A DNA stretch of 64,000 bases from Alphaproteobacteria bacterium (GCA_965243135.1 OZ251539.1:1408001-1472000), one strand, 5' to 3'; positions 18,600 to 29,216 are shown, numbered from the stretch's first letter. Numbers and translations: made by a program. The notes: generated from the letters alone by a model not told the origin.

Positions 18600-18838
18600 G
18601 CGATTCTCCATCGGCGTTGCGGCCCCCGGCGCGGAGGATGCAGGGGCGCGGTCAACATGCCACCGACGGCGGCGCGGCGCCAGCCGCCCGTTGCGGCGGA
18701 GGCCGCGAATCGCTTCCGGTCGCGCAGCCGCCGCGTCCGCGTCGCGGGCTTCGTTCCTTCTCCGTTGTATTTCGCGGGCGCGACCGGTACAGGGTGCTTG
18801 CGGGACGTTTCCGCCCGCGGGATTTTCAGGGCCGGCAG

Positions 18839-20635
18839 ATGAAACCGTCGATAACGACAGTATTGGTGGCGGGTTTCGGACTGCTGATCCTCGTCGGCAT
18901 GACGCTCGTTCTGGGGATTTCCATGTGGAGCGCCCGGGAGAACACGCGCACGCTGATCCGGGACAACGCCAGAACGGGCATATTGTCTCTCGCCCACGCG
19001 ATCCGCAGCCACCTCGATCCCGCCGAGGAGGCGAGCGCCTACGTCGCCGAGATGATCGGCGCCGGCCGCCTGGATCCGGCGAACGACGACCGGCTGGGCG
19101 AGATGCTGCTCGTCACCTCGGCGGCCGCGCCGCAGTTGTTCGGACTGGGATTCGTCCATGCGGACGGCCGCTTCCTGCGCGTGCCCCGCGGAAAGGCGCC
19201 CCTGAAGGGGGCGCGGGCGAGCGATTTCGAAGGCCTCTCCGATTTGCTCGCCGGAGCTTCCCGGCTTCCGCGCCGGCCGTTCTGGAGCGACCTCGCGGGG
19301 GTGGAGGAAATCGACGCGACGCTGATCGAGTCCTGGGTGCCGGTCTGGAAAGGAGATTCGTTCGTGGGCCTGCTGGTGTCCACGGTGTCCGCCAGCGACC
19401 TTTCGCGCTTCATCGCCGTTTCCTCGGGCTCCCCATTGAGGCGGAACCGTTTCATTCTTTACGGAAGGGACCACGTGCTCGCCCACCGCAACATGGCGGA
19501 CGGCGGATTTCGGCGGAACGCGGACGTTCCGCTGCCGCGGCTGGGCGAGGTCGAAGACCGCGTGCTGGAGCGGATATGGAGTCCCGACGCCCGGGAACTG
19601 CGCATCGACGACCTCGGCGAAAACGTGCACGGACATTCGGTCGACGTCGACGGCGAACAGCACGTTTACGTCTTCACTTATCTGAGGGATTACGGAACGA
19701 CGCCGCTGATCGCGGGCGTCTACGTCGGTCCGGCCGACGGTCTCGGCGCCGAATTCCGGCGTCTGACGCAGGCCGGCGTCGCGGGGCTCGCCGTGATCTT
19801 GCTCAGCGTGGCCGTCGCGGTCTTTTTCGGCCGCCGGGTCAGCGCCCCCGTCAGACGCCTCGCGGCGGGGTCGTCGGCGGTGGCGGAGTTCGAATTCGAC
19901 CGCGTGGAGCGGCTGAGGCCCAGCCGCCTGCGCGAACTCGACGAGGCGGCGCGCGCCTTCAACCGGATGATGGCCGGCCTGCGATGGTTCGAGACCTACG
20001 TTCCGCGGCGCCTCGTCCGGCGCCTCGTCGAGCGCGACGCGCCGGTGGTGTCCGAGGAAAAGCTGGTGACCGTGATTTTCACGGACATCGTCGGCTTCTC
20101 GACCCTGGCGGAGCGAATGCCGGCCGCCGAAGTCGCGCGGCTTCTCGACGAGCACTTCGCGATTCTGGTCGATTGCATCGAGGCCGAAGACGGTACGGTC
20201 GACAAATATATCGGCGATTCGATAATGGCGTTCTGGGAAGCGGACGACACGGCCGACCGCGCCTTGCGCGCGGTCGCGGCCATCCGCGCCGGCATCGGGA
20301 AAGAGAACCAACGTCGGAGCGCGGGAGGAAGTCCGAAGATTTTCTTGCGAATCGGCGTTCACACCGGTCCGGCGATCGTCGGCAACGTCGGAGCCGCCGG
20401 GCGGGTCAATTACACTTTGATCGGCGACACGGTGAACGTCGCCGCGCGGCTCGAGCAGCTCTGCAAGGAAGCGGCGACCGGCGGCGGCGACGTCGCTGCG
20501 CTCGTGAGCGGCGATACGGCGAAGCATGCGTCGGAAGGACGCGGCCTTGCGCATCGCGGGCGATATTCGGTTCGGGGCCGCGACGGCGACATCGACGTTT
20601 ACGAACTGAAGGAGCGGGATCAAGCGGCTCGTTGA
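18839..20635 (+). CDS. membrane-bound class III adenylate/guanylate cyclase with periplasmic sensor and HAMP domain
   Basis: Two TM segments, HAMP (PVRRLA...ELDEAARAFNRM), FTDIVGFS, VDKYIGDSIMAFW, NYTLIGDTVNVAARLE. Confidence 0.9.
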   Translation: MKPSITTVLVAGFGLLILVGMTLVLGISMWSARENTRTLIRDNARTGILSLAHAIRSHLDPAEEASAYVAEMIGAGRLDPANDDRLGEMLLVTSAAAPQLFGLGFVHADGRFLRVPRGKAPLKGARASDFEGLSDLLAGASRLPRRPFWSDLAGVEEIDATLIESWVPVWKGDSFVGLLVSTVSASDLSRFIAVSSGSPLRRNRFILYGRDHVLAHRNMADGGFRRNADVPLPRLGEVEDRVLERIWSPDARELRIDDLGENVHGHSVDVDGEQHVYVFTYLRDYGTTPLIAGVYVGPADGLGAEFRRLTQAGVAGLAVILLSVAVAVFFGRRVSAPVRRLAAGSSAVAEFEFDRVERLRPSRLRELDEAARAFNRMMAGLRWFETYVPRRLVRRLVERDAPVVSEEKLVTVIFTDIVGFSTLAERMPAAEVARLLDEHFAILVDCIEAEDGTVDKYIGDSIMAFWEADDTADRALRAVAAIRAGIGKENQRRSAGGSPKIFLRIGVHTGPAIVGNVGAAGRVNYTLIGDTVNVAARLEQLCKEAATGGGDVAALVSGDTAKHASEGRGLAHRGRYSVRGRDGDIDVYELKERDQAAR

Positions 20636-20680
20636 TGCGCGGCGCGGCCAGGGGCCGCGCCGAGCGCCGCCGACCGGCGT

Positions 20681-21811
20681 TCACGCGCTCGCCGCGGCGA
20701 CCAGATGGTTGTCCCAACGGGAGTTTTTGACGAAGTCGCCGTCGAGAGGCCTTGCGGCGCCCGACCCCGGATCGATGGCGAACGCGCCGCCGCGGCCGCT
20801 GCTGGCGACGATTCGGCCTTCCATGTCGCTCGGCGCGACGCCGCTTCCGTCGGCGACGCGCGCGGCGGCGGCGTAACGGCCGGTATCGGCGTTCCAGAAG
20901 GTGACGAGGTTGCCGCGCGGAGCGGACGCGGCGATCGTCCGTCCGCTTTTGTCGAATGCGACGCTGCCGCAATATTGCTTCATCGCCCGCAGCGCTTTCG
21001 CGGGGCCTCCGAGCGGCCGCAGGCTTTCGGCGCCGGGCTCGAGCAGGGCCACGAGCGGCACCACGTCGTTTGCGGGACCTTCGTACTGCATGGCGACCGC
21101 GACGGTATCGTTTCCGCTGACGGCGAGATGCCGGATGCTGAGCTGGCGCAGCGCGTTTCCGAGCCGGAATTTCCGCAACAGCGCGCCGTCGCGGCGGTCG
21201 ATGCAGCACAGCGACGGCGCCATGGTGGGCAGGTTGAGCTTGACGCGCGGCAGATCCGGCCGCGTCAGGATTCCGCCGTTGGCGACGACCAGCGTGTCGC
21301 CGTCGGAAAGAAGGCGAATGTCGTGAGGACCGGCGCCGTGCGAGGCCAGTTCTCCGACTCGCCTGTAGCCGTCCGCGGCGTCGTAGACCCCGATGACGCC
21401 GCGCTCGCCCTCGAAGTCGTTTTCCGTGGCGTAGAGCAGGCGCCCGTCGCGGCTGAACGCGCCGTGGCCGTAAAAGTGCCGGTTCTCGGGCGCGAAGAAT
21501 TCGGTCGAGACGATTCCTCGAGCGAGGTCGATCTCGAGGGCGAAGGCGCCGGGCCTGCGGGCGAAGTGCACCGCGACCCGCCTAGCGGGGGCGACCGCGA
21601 AGGAATGCCCGCGCGCCGGCGTCGGCAGGTCGAACGCCCGCGCGCCGGACGGGGAGAAGCCGGCGACCCGGAAGCTGCCCGCCGTTTCGCCGGCCCGCGC
21701 GGAGAGATAGATCGCGCCGGCGGCGCGCAGCGGAGCCGGCGCGAGCGGCAGGAGGGCGCCGCCGACGAAGAGCCGAAGCAGGCTTCTGCGCTCAATCCCC
21801 GTCGAGCGCAT
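20681..21811 (-). CDS. DUF1513 domain-containing Tat-exported beta-propeller protein
   Basis: ERRSLL twin-arginine signal; RGHS, FARRPG, HFYGHG, LYATEND, GPHD, ANGGI, LSIRHL, WDNH. Confidence 0.88.
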   Translation of the reverse strand: MRSTGIERRSLLRLFVGGALLPLAPAPLRAAGAIYLSARAGETAGSFRVAGFSPSGARAFDLPTPARGHSFAVAPARRVAVHFARRPGAFALEIDLARGIVSTEFFAPENRHFYGHGAFSRDGRLLYATENDFEGERGVIGVYDAADGYRRVGELASHGAGPHDIRLLSDGDTLVVANGGILTRPDLPRVKLNLPTMAPSLCCIDRRDGALLRKFRLGNALRQLSIRHLAVSGNDTVAVAMQYEGPANDVVPLVALLEPGAESLRPLGGPAKALRAMKQYCGSVAFDKSGRTIAASAPRGNLVTFWNADTGRYAAAARVADGSGVAPSDMEGRIVASSGRGGAFAIDPGSGAARPLDGDFVKNSRWDNHLVAAASA

Positions 21812-22853
21812 TGAATCCGATGGAAAACCCGAGCGCCGGCGCGAGGCGGTCCCGGACGATTTGCCTGAGCGCCTGCGCCTGGACCGCCAGTTTCCCGGCC
21901 TTGGGCTTCAGGGAGGGGCTTGCGGCGGCTTCTTCCAGCGGACGCCCGATGGAGCGCGCCGTCCCGATGGTGATGCGGAACGCCTTGCGCATCAGGCTGT
22001 CGAGCTTCGGGTCGCCGGCGCGGGCGAGTTCGCCGAGACCCGGCCCGTTTTCTCCGAGATACATCGCCTGCAGCGACTCCAGGTTCCGGATTACGTTGCG
22101 CAGCGAACGTCCGCTGAGACGCGATTCGGCGAGGCGCGGCCGCCCGGCCGCGCCGACCACGGGCTTGAGCTTGGCGTCGGCGACGAATTGCAGGCCGTCG
22201 TGAAGGCTCTTGAAGAAGGCGAGGGTGGCTTCGCGATGATCCGCGAAGTTCGCGTTCCCGGGCGCCGTCACGGTCCGGGAGAACGGCGCGTCGCCGTCCT
22301 CCCATTCCGCGAGGATGTCCGCGGCCATGACGCGCATGTTGCCCGTCGCGGCTTCGAGGAGGTCGCAGCCGGGACCGTTCCGGACTGCGCGCGGCTCGCC
22401 GTAGAGGAGCGTCTCCGCGGCCAGCAGGCCCTGGAGGGCGGCGTTGGTCCGCCCTATGCGCTCGGGGAGGGTCGCGGCGCGGTCCTCGTCTTCGATCGCC
22501 TCGCGGATCGCGCCGGCGACCTTGCCGCGCGCCTGCGGCCAGAAGTGGAAACGAAAGACGCGCATTGACAACTCGACGGGACCGAAGCGCAGGTGGCGAA
22601 CGCCCATCCAGGCGTCCATGGCCTCGTGAAAGCCCGCCCTTGCGGCGCCGAGGGTCGCCTCTCCGCCGCAGAAGGCCTTGGCGGCGTCGGCGAGGTTTCC
22701 GGTCGCGGCCGACAGGAGCCGGTAGCGCGGCAGAACGTGATTCTCCACGAGGGCGGCGTTGACGCGCCTCGACGCGTCGCCGGGCCCTTCGGCGCGGACG
22801 GTCGCCGGGCTCGCCCAGACCAGGACGGCCAGAATCAGCGGCAGGAACTTCAT
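21792..22853 (-). CDS. imelysin family protein
   Basis: Signal peptide MKFLPLILAV...; HVLPRY, AW...FGP, FWP, QGLLAAE, AESRLSGRSL, C-terminal GFNALDGD. Confidence 0.85.
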   Translation of the reverse strand: MKFLPLILAVLVWASPATVRAEGPGDASRRVNAALVENHVLPRYRLLSAATGNLADAAKAFCGGEATLGAARAGFHEAMDAWMGVRHLRFGPVELSMRVFRFHFWPQARGKVAGAIREAIEDEDRAATLPERIGRTNAALQGLLAAETLLYGEPRAVRNGPGCDLLEAATGNMRVMAADILAEWEDGDAPFSRTVTAPGNANFADHREATLAFFKSLHDGLQFVADAKLKPVVGAAGRPRLAESRLSGRSLRNVIRNLESLQAMYLGENGPGLGELARAGDPKLDSLMRKAFRITIGTARSIGRPLEEAAASPSLKPKAGKLAVQAQALRQIVRDRLAPALGFSIGFNALDGD

Positions 22854-22870
22854 CGCGTCTCTCCCGTCGT

Positions 22871-24370
22871 TCAGAGTGAATTCAGGAACGCGAGCAGCGC
22901 GGCGCGCTCGTCCTTCGTCATCTCGACGACGCGCTGCTTCGCCGCCCGCGCTTCGCCGTCGTGCCAAAGGATGGCTTCGAGAAGGTTGCGCGCGCGGCCG
23001 TCGTGCAGGAAAAACGTATGGCCGTTCACGGCCTTCGTCAGACCGATGCCCCACAGCGGCGGCGTCCGCCACTCGCGTCCGGACGCTTCCCACTCGGACC
23101 GTCCGTCCGCCAGTCCTTCGCCCATGTCGTGCAACAGCAGATCCGTATAGGGCCAGATTAGCTGAAACGACTGTTCCTCGCCGATCGAATCGCGGCGGGT
23201 CACGTATTTGGGCCGATGGCAGCCGATGCAGTTCGATTCGTAGAACAGGCGCTTGCCTTCGAGCACCTGCGGGTCGTCCAGGTCCCGCCGCGCCGGGACG
23301 CCGAGGTTGCGCGTGTAGAAAACGACCAGGCCAAACATCCTTTCGTTCGCCTCCGCGCCGTTCGGCGGGCTGCCGTGAGGCGCGGCGCGGCAGACCGGTT
23401 GCCGGGACGTGCAGTCGCCCGCCGGATTCGGATAGAGCGGCGTCGAGATGCCGATGTCGCCCAGGAAAGCGCTCGCCGTCTGTTGCGCGACCGTCGGTTG
23501 CGACGCCTTCCACCCGAATCGTCCGAGCGTCGTCCTTCGGCGTTCGTCGCTCCACACCCGGTTGGGCCGCCCCGAGATGCCGTCCCCGTCGGCGTCGTCC
23601 GGATCGGCGCGGGAAACGATGTCGGCTTCCGGGATGGCTTCCAGCAACCCGATGCCGATCATGGGAGGCGCGACGCGGGGCGACAGCATCGTTCGCGGGT
23701 CCAGGGGACCGTAGGAAAGGTTCGCGAACCCGTAGGTCGGGGCGCGCAGATGCGCCGTCTCGCCGCCCGACAGCTCGACCGGGATCTCCCGGTACGAGAT
23801 CGTCATGTCGCCCTCGGCGGGAACGCCTCGAACCGAGAAATTCTGCAGCTGCGTTCCGTAGGTCGGTTCCGGGACGACGGCCGTTCGACGGGTTTGCCGC
23901 GCCTCTCGCGCGTCCTGCGGCGGGATCGAGAGCCGCAGGAACATGGATTCGGCGCGCTCGCCGGGAGCCGGCGGGCGGCCGCGCCCGTCCTTGAGGTGGC
24001 AACGCTGGCAGGACCGCGCGTTGAAGAGGGGACCGAGGCCGTCCGAAGAGGCGGTCGAACTCGGCGCCGACACCCAGAGCTTCTTGAAGATCCCGTTGCC
24101 CACTCTGAAATTCAGCTGGCGTTCGAAGCTCATGTTTCCCGAGGGATGCGAAAAGGAGTTTCGGTTCGGCGGCCTGAGGACCGTCGCCGCGCCGCCGGGA
24201 CGGCGTTCGAATCGTTCCGGTTTGGAAAAGTCGGTCGCCGGTCGGGTCGCCGCCGCCGCCCGCTCGCGGTCCGACTGGGCCGGAGCCTCCGCGGCGGCCG
24301 CGACGCCCATCGCGGCCAGAGCCGCGAGGCTTGCGCGCCGGGCGGCGCGGAAGGGAAGCGGGCGAGTCAT
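22871..24370 (-). CDS. di-heme oxidoreductase family protein (DUF1111-like)
   Basis: DGLGPLFNARSCQRCH and CIGCH heme-binding motifs; GRFGWKA, YTDLLLHDMG, WRTPPLWGIG, LHDGRAR. Confidence 0.9.
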   Translation of the reverse strand: MTRPLPFRAARRASLAALAAMGVAAAAEAPAQSDRERAAAATRPATDFSKPERFERRPGGAATVLRPPNRNSFSHPSGNMSFERQLNFRVGNGIFKKLWVSAPSSTASSDGLGPLFNARSCQRCHLKDGRGRPPAPGERAESMFLRLSIPPQDAREARQTRRTAVVPEPTYGTQLQNFSVRGVPAEGDMTISYREIPVELSGGETAHLRAPTYGFANLSYGPLDPRTMLSPRVAPPMIGIGLLEAIPEADIVSRADPDDADGDGISGRPNRVWSDERRRTTLGRFGWKASQPTVAQQTASAFLGDIGISTPLYPNPAGDCTSRQPVCRAAPHGSPPNGAEANERMFGLVVFYTRNLGVPARRDLDDPQVLEGKRLFYESNCIGCHRPKYVTRRDSIGEEQSFQLIWPYTDLLLHDMGEGLADGRSEWEASGREWRTPPLWGIGLTKAVNGHTFFLHDGRARNLLEAILWHDGEARAAKQRVVEMTKDERAALLAFLNSL

Positions 24371-24875
24371 CGCCGCGGCGCCTTCCCGGGAGCGGCGGCG
24401 TTTTCCGTCGACCGGGACGGCGAGCCCGCTCGGGAGAGAGGGTTCGTTCCCGGCTTTCCGGAGGCGGCCGGCCGGCCGATTCGCGCGCCGCGGCGGGACG
24501 ACGGGAAGCGGGCCCCCGGGAGCGACCGGACGATTCGGGCTCGGAAGGACGAATCGTCCGTCCGCCCGATGCGCGGGGCGGAGGCGGTCGCCGGAGTTTC
24601 GGCTCTCCCGGCGCGCGCTTCCTCGGCGGGGCGGGGGACGCGCCGCGCCGACTTGTTCTCGCAAACCATGTTCCGGAGCTGTTCTGCAATGGAAACGGGC
24701 GATAATGAGACGGTTAGGCAGGCGATTCCAGCATTTCCCGCCCTCCCATCAAGCGCCCGGGCCAACCGAACGGGCGCGCCGTCCGCCCCCGGCTCGCCGG
24801 ACAGGTTGGCGGGACCGCGCCGCGCCTCGCGGACTTCCGTTTCCGCGCCTCGTCTTTCGCGTCGTCGGGGAGGGG

Positions 24876-24950
24876 TTGACATGACCGTAATGATAATGAG
24901 AATGAGTTGCATTGCAAATGATAATCGTTATCATTGCGAATGATTGTCAA
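24876..24950. promoter_or_regulatory. tandem Fur-type boxes with divergent -35 hexamers
   Basis: AATGATAATCGTTATCATT (24917-24935) is close to the Fur consensus. It is flanked by ATGATAATGAGAATGAGTTGCA and TGCGAATGATTGTCA. TTGACA occurs on + at 24876 and on - at 24950-24945. The site lies between divergent iron-uptake genes. Confidence 0.85.
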
Positions 24951-24969
24951 TATCACGGAAGGACTACCG

Positions 24970-26094
24970 ATGAAACTGGGAACCTTGGCGGCCGTCGTTG
25001 CCGTAATGCTCCATCTGCCCGCCATGGCGCAGGACTCCTTCGAGGAGCGCCTCGCCAAGATGGAGCAGCGCATACGCTATCTGGAAGAGCGGGTCGCGGT
25101 GCAGGACAGGGTGATCGTCGAGAAGGATCGCCGGATTTCGAGTTTGACCTCCCAGGAAGACGCCTGGTTCGGCCGCATGGAGGTGGGCGGCGTCGTGGAA
25201 GTCGAGGCGGTTTACGAAAGTCCCGGCGAAGGAAAGAGCACCACCGACGCCGACGTGGCGACCGTGGAGCTCGGCGCCGCGGTCCAGGTCCACGACTGGG
25301 CCGGCGCGGAGGTCGTTCTCCTCTACGACGACGAGGAGGACCTGAACGTCGACGCCGCGACCCTGACGGTCGGCCCGCCGGACGGCCCGTGGTCGTTCAC
25401 CGCTGGTCAGTACACGTTGCCGTTCGGAACGTACGAAACCAGCCTCGTTTCCGATCCCGTGACGCTCGAGATCGGCGAGACCGGCGAGACCGCCCTCGAG
25501 TTGGGCTTCGAATTCGACGGGTTCGGGGCGTCCGCCTTCGCTTTCAACGGCGGATTCGACCGGGGCGGCGACGACCGCATTTCCGGTTTCGGCGCCGCGG
25601 CCGGATGGGCGATGGAATCCGAAGATTCGGCTTTCGGCGTCAACGTGTCCTGGATCAACGATCTGGGCGAATCGGATGCCGTCGAGGAAGCGGTCGGAGA
25701 GGAGGCCGGCGACCGGCGCGTCGCCGGCTGGACGGCGAGCGGCTTCGCCAGTTTCGGAGCCGTAACGGTCTCCGGCGAATACCTGGCCGCCGCGAGCGAA
25801 TTCCGCGACGAGAATATCGCCGGCGCCGAACCGGCGAGCTGGTCGCTGGAGGCCGCCTACGATTTCGAGATCGGAGGCAAGGAGGCGACCGTCGCCGCGA
25901 GCTGGCAGCGGACGGAAGACGCGGTCCTCCTTGAGCTGCCCGAGACCAGATGGCTCGTCGGACTCTCCGTCGGCCTTGTGGACGGTGTCGCCCTCGGGTT
26001 CGAATATAAGCGCGACGCCGGTTACGGCGAGGCGGAAGGCGGCGACGGAAAGAACTCCGACGCCTTCGCCACCCTGCTTTCCGCCGAATTCTGA
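24970..26094 (+). CDS. LbtU-like outer-membrane porin (iron uptake)
   Basis: Signal peptide, coiled coil, GGVVEVEA, ATVELG, GQYTLPFG, DPVTLEIGETGE, C-terminal SAEF. Confidence 0.8.
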   Translation: MKLGTLAAVVAVMLHLPAMAQDSFEERLAKMEQRIRYLEERVAVQDRVIVEKDRRISSLTSQEDAWFGRMEVGGVVEVEAVYESPGEGKSTTDADVATVELGAAVQVHDWAGAEVVLLYDDEEDLNVDAATLTVGPPDGPWSFTAGQYTLPFGTYETSLVSDPVTLEIGETGETALELGFEFDGFGASAFAFNGGFDRGGDDRISGFGAAAGWAMESEDSAFGVNVSWINDLGESDAVEEAVGEEAGDRRVAGWTASGFASFGAVTVSGEYLAAASEFRDENIAGAEPASWSLEAAYDFEIGGKEATVAASWQRTEDAVLLELPETRWLVGLSVGLVDGVALGFEYKRDAGYGEAEGGDGKNSDAFATLLSAEF

Positions 26095-26120
26095 AACGAT
26101 CCGAAGAGGAGAACGAGACG

Positions 26121-27374
26121 ATGAGAACGTTTCTTGCGACGTTGCTGCTCCTGTCGACGTCCGCTTTCGCGGCGGCCCAGGAGCGCGCGGTGCTGTCGCA
26201 CTACGCGACGGTGGCCCACGCCATGTACGAGGACTCGCTGATTGCCGCCCGCGGCCTGCAGAAGGCCGTGCGCCGGTTGGTCGAAAACCCCGGCGAAAAG
26301 AACCTTGCCGCCGCGCGGGCGGCGTGGAAGGCAGCCCGGGTTCCCTATCAGCAAACCGAAGTCTACCGCTTCGGCAACGCCATCGTCGACGATTGGGAGG
26401 GCAAGGTGAACGCTTGGCCGCTCGACGAAGGGCTGATCGACTATGTCGCGGCGAGTTACGGCGCGGAGTCCGAGGAGAACCCCGGATTCCGGGCGAACGT
26501 CATCGCGAATCCGTCGTTCGCGTTCGCCGGAAAGGCCGTCGACGCGCGCCGCATCACCAAGAGTCTGCTTGCCGACACGCTGCACGAGATCGGCGGGGTC
26601 GAGGCGAACGTCGCGACGGGCTACCACGCGGTCGAGTTCCTTCTCTGGGGACAGGACTTGAACGGCACGGGACCCGGAGCGGGCAGGCGGCCGGCGAGCG
26701 ACTTCGATCCCGCCGCGTGCTCCTGGGGGAATTGCGAACGGCGCGCGGCTTACCTCGAGGCCGCCGCCGGTCTCCTGATCGACGATCTGGCGTGGATGGC
26801 GGCTCAATGGGCGCCCGGCGGCAAGGCGCGCGCGGGGCTGCTCGAAGGGGAGGTCAAAGCGGGTCTGGCGACCATCCTCACCGGCATGGGCAGCCTGTCC
26901 TACGGCGAACTTGCGGGCGAGCGCATGAAGCTCGGCCTGCTGCTCCACGACCCGGAGGAAGAGCACGACTGCTTCAGCGACAACACCCATTACTCGCACT
27001 ATTACGACGCGCTCGGAATCCGGAACGTCTACCTCGGCGAATACCGGCGAATCGACGGGACGACGGTGAACGGGCCGGGTCTCACGACGCTCGTCGAGGC
27101 CGCTTCGCCGGGCGTCGACAGGAGCCTGCGGGACCGCCTCGACGCGACGATGGCGGCCATGGACGTGCTCGTGAAGACCGCCGAGGGCGGCGAGGCGTAC
27201 GATCAGATGATCGGCGAGGGCAACGAAGCGGGCAACGCCAAGGTGCAAGCCGCCATCGACGCCCTGACGGCGCAGACCCGCGAGATCGAGAAAGCCGTCG
27301 CTGCGCTTCGACTCGCCGCGATCGAGTTCGAGGGGTCGGACAGCCTCGACAATCCCGAGGCCGTGTTCAAGTAG
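26121..27374 (+). CDS. imelysin family iron-regulated protein (IcmP/IrpA-like)
   Basis: VNAWPLDEGLIDYV, ATGYHAVEFLLWGQD, GELAGERM, EEEHDCFSDNTH. Confidence 0.9.
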   Translation: MRTFLATLLLLSTSAFAAAQERAVLSHYATVAHAMYEDSLIAARGLQKAVRRLVENPGEKNLAAARAAWKAARVPYQQTEVYRFGNAIVDDWEGKVNAWPLDEGLIDYVAASYGAESEENPGFRANVIANPSFAFAGKAVDARRITKSLLADTLHEIGGVEANVATGYHAVEFLLWGQDLNGTGPGAGRRPASDFDPAACSWGNCERRAAYLEAAAGLLIDDLAWMAAQWAPGGKARAGLLEGEVKAGLATILTGMGSLSYGELAGERMKLGLLLHDPEEEHDCFSDNTHYSHYYDALGIRNVYLGEYRRIDGTTVNGPGLTTLVEAASPGVDRSLRDRLDATMAAMDVLVKTAEGGEAYDQMIGEGNEAGNAKVQAAIDALTAQTREIEKAVAALRLAAIEFEGSDSLDNPEAVFK

Positions 27375-27417
27375 ACCGCTCGTCTCCGGGCCCGCCCCCA
27401 CCCTCCCGCGGGCCCGG

Positions 27418-27465
27418 CCTCCGCCGAAAGGTCGGGCAGAGTGCGCCCGGCCTTTCCGGCGGAGG
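27418..27465 (+). terminator. long GC-rich stem-loop after the imelysin gene (terminator or mRNA-stabilising hairpin)
   Basis: CCTCCGCCG-AAAGG-TCGGGC / 7-nt loop / GCCCGG-CCTTT-C-CGGCGGAGG, followed by TCCTTT. Confidence 0.55.
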
Positions 27466-27590
27466 TCCTTTCGCGCGCCGGGCGCTTCCTCCGCCCGCCG
27501 GCCCGCGCTGTTCGGTCGGCGCCGGTTCGTCTATGATCGAAGCGTTGGCCGGCGCGGTTCCCGCTGTCGGCGAAGCAGAAGGAGGAAACG

Positions 27591-28676
27591 ATGCCATTCC
27601 GTTCACGCAACCGCGCCGGAGCGCTGATCGCCGCCGCCGCGCTTTTTCTCGTCCTTCCCGGCGGCGCCGCGATGGCCCAGAAGACCATCGCCCTGACCGC
27701 CGTCGACGGCTACCCGCCGCGCGCGCTGCAGGTCAGGACGTTCATCGACTACCTCATTCCCGAGGTCGACAAGCGGCTGGCGAAGGACAACGAGTACAAG
27801 ATCCGCTGGAACAAGGCGTTCGCCGGCCAGATCGTCAAGGTCCGGCACGTCATGACGGGCATGCAGAAGGGATTGGGCGACATCGGCGTCGTCACCAGCG
27901 TCTTCCACCAGGACAAGGTGCCGATGCAGGCGGTCGCTTACGTCACCCCGTTCGTCACCTCCGATCCGGTGCTTCTGTCCCGCACCGTCGACGAGCTCGC
28001 CGAGCGATTCCCGGAGATGAGGAACGCCTGGCTCAAATACAATCAGGTGCTGCTGTCGAGTTTCTCGGTGATCGACACCTACCAGATGTTTTTCCGCGAC
28101 CGAATCGAGAAGGTCGAGGACTTCAAGGGCCTCAAGATCGCCGGCGCGGGCATAAACATGCGGTATCTCACCGGCACCGGGGCCACGCCGGTGATCGGCT
28201 CGATGGTCCATTACTACAACAAGTTCAAGACGGGCGCGATCGACGGCTCCATGCTCTGGACCGACGCCGCGGTCGCCTTCAAGCTCGTCGAGGGCGCCAA
28301 GTTCATGTTGAAGGCGGACATCGGCACAGCCAACTCCAAGGCGCTCACGATGAACCGCGAAGCCTACAAGCGGCTGCCGCAGGCGGTGCGCGACGTCATA
28401 CACGAGGTTGCGGGCGACTACCGCGACCACACCGCGCGACAGGCCGTCGCGGACGCGGACAAGGCGTACGAGAACTTCCGGAACAAGGGCGGTACGATCG
28501 TCCAGATGTCGCAGGCGGCGCGGGAAAGCTGGGCCCGGACCATGCCGAACATCGCGAAGGACTGGGCTTCCAAGCTCGATGCGGACGGACTTCCGGGCGC
28601 CGGGATGCTGGTCGCCTATATGGACAGGATGCGGGCGGCCGGACAGCCGATCATTCGCCACTGGGACAAGGAGTAG
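27591..28676 (+). CDS. dctP: TRAP transporter substrate-binding protein (DctP family)
   Basis: Signal peptide; GLGDIG, DFKGLKI, YKRLPQAVRDVI; adjacent to dctQM. Confidence 0.88.
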   Translation: MPFRSRNRAGALIAAAALFLVLPGGAAMAQKTIALTAVDGYPPRALQVRTFIDYLIPEVDKRLAKDNEYKIRWNKAFAGQIVKVRHVMTGMQKGLGDIGVVTSVFHQDKVPMQAVAYVTPFVTSDPVLLSRTVDELAERFPEMRNAWLKYNQVLLSSFSVIDTYQMFFRDRIEKVEDFKGLKIAGAGINMRYLTGTGATPVIGSMVHYYNKFKTGAIDGSMLWTDAAVAFKLVEGAKFMLKADIGTANSKALTMNREAYKRLPQAVRDVIHEVAGDYRDHTARQAVADADKAYENFRNKGGTIVQMSQAARESWARTMPNIAKDWASKLDADGLPGAGMLVAYMDRMRAAGQPIIRHWDKE

Positions 28677-28682
28677 CCGTCC

Positions 28683-29216
28683 TTGCGGGCGCCGGCGAGC
28701 GGGGCGGGGCGGAACGCCCCGCTCCGGGCCTTCGGGGCGGTCGTCGGCAGCATGAACGCCGCCGGATCCTGCTGGATCGTCGTGCTGATGCTGCTGATCA
28801 ACGCCGAAGCGATCAGCCGCTCGGCTTTCAACGAGCCGATCATCGGCGTCATCGAAATGATCGAGATTTCGATCGTCGGGATCGTCTTCATGCAACTCGC
28901 GGATTCGTTGCGCCGGGGCGTGCTGACGCGCTCCGACGGCCTGTTCAACCAGGTGATGCGCCGCAAGCCGGCCGCCGGGCACGGAATGGCGGTCGCCACC
29001 TACCTGCTCGGCGCCTGCTTCATGGGCCTCGTCCTGTGGGGCAGCGTGCCTTACTTCCTCGAGTCGTGGGCGAACGACTACTACGTCGGAGTCGAAGGCA
29101 TGTTCACCGCCCCGGTGTGGCCGGTGGCCCTGATCATCGTCGTCGCGGTCGTCGTCACGATGGCGCAGTTCCTGATCATGCTGGCCGGGCACTGCGCCCG
29201 CCTCGCCGGCCGATAG
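28683..29216 (+). CDS. dctQ: TRAP small permease (DctQ)
   Basis: Four TM segments; SRSAFNEPIIGVIE, APVWP. Start position uncertain. Confidence 0.82.
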   Translation: MRAPASGAGRNAPLRAFGAVVGSMNAAGSCWIVVLMLLINAEAISRSAFNEPIIGVIEMIEISIVGIVFMQLADSLRRGVLTRSDGLFNQVMRRKPAAGHGMAVATYLLGACFMGLVLWGSVPYFLESWANDYYVGVEGMFTAPVWPVALIIVVAVVVTMAQFLIMLAGHCARLAGR

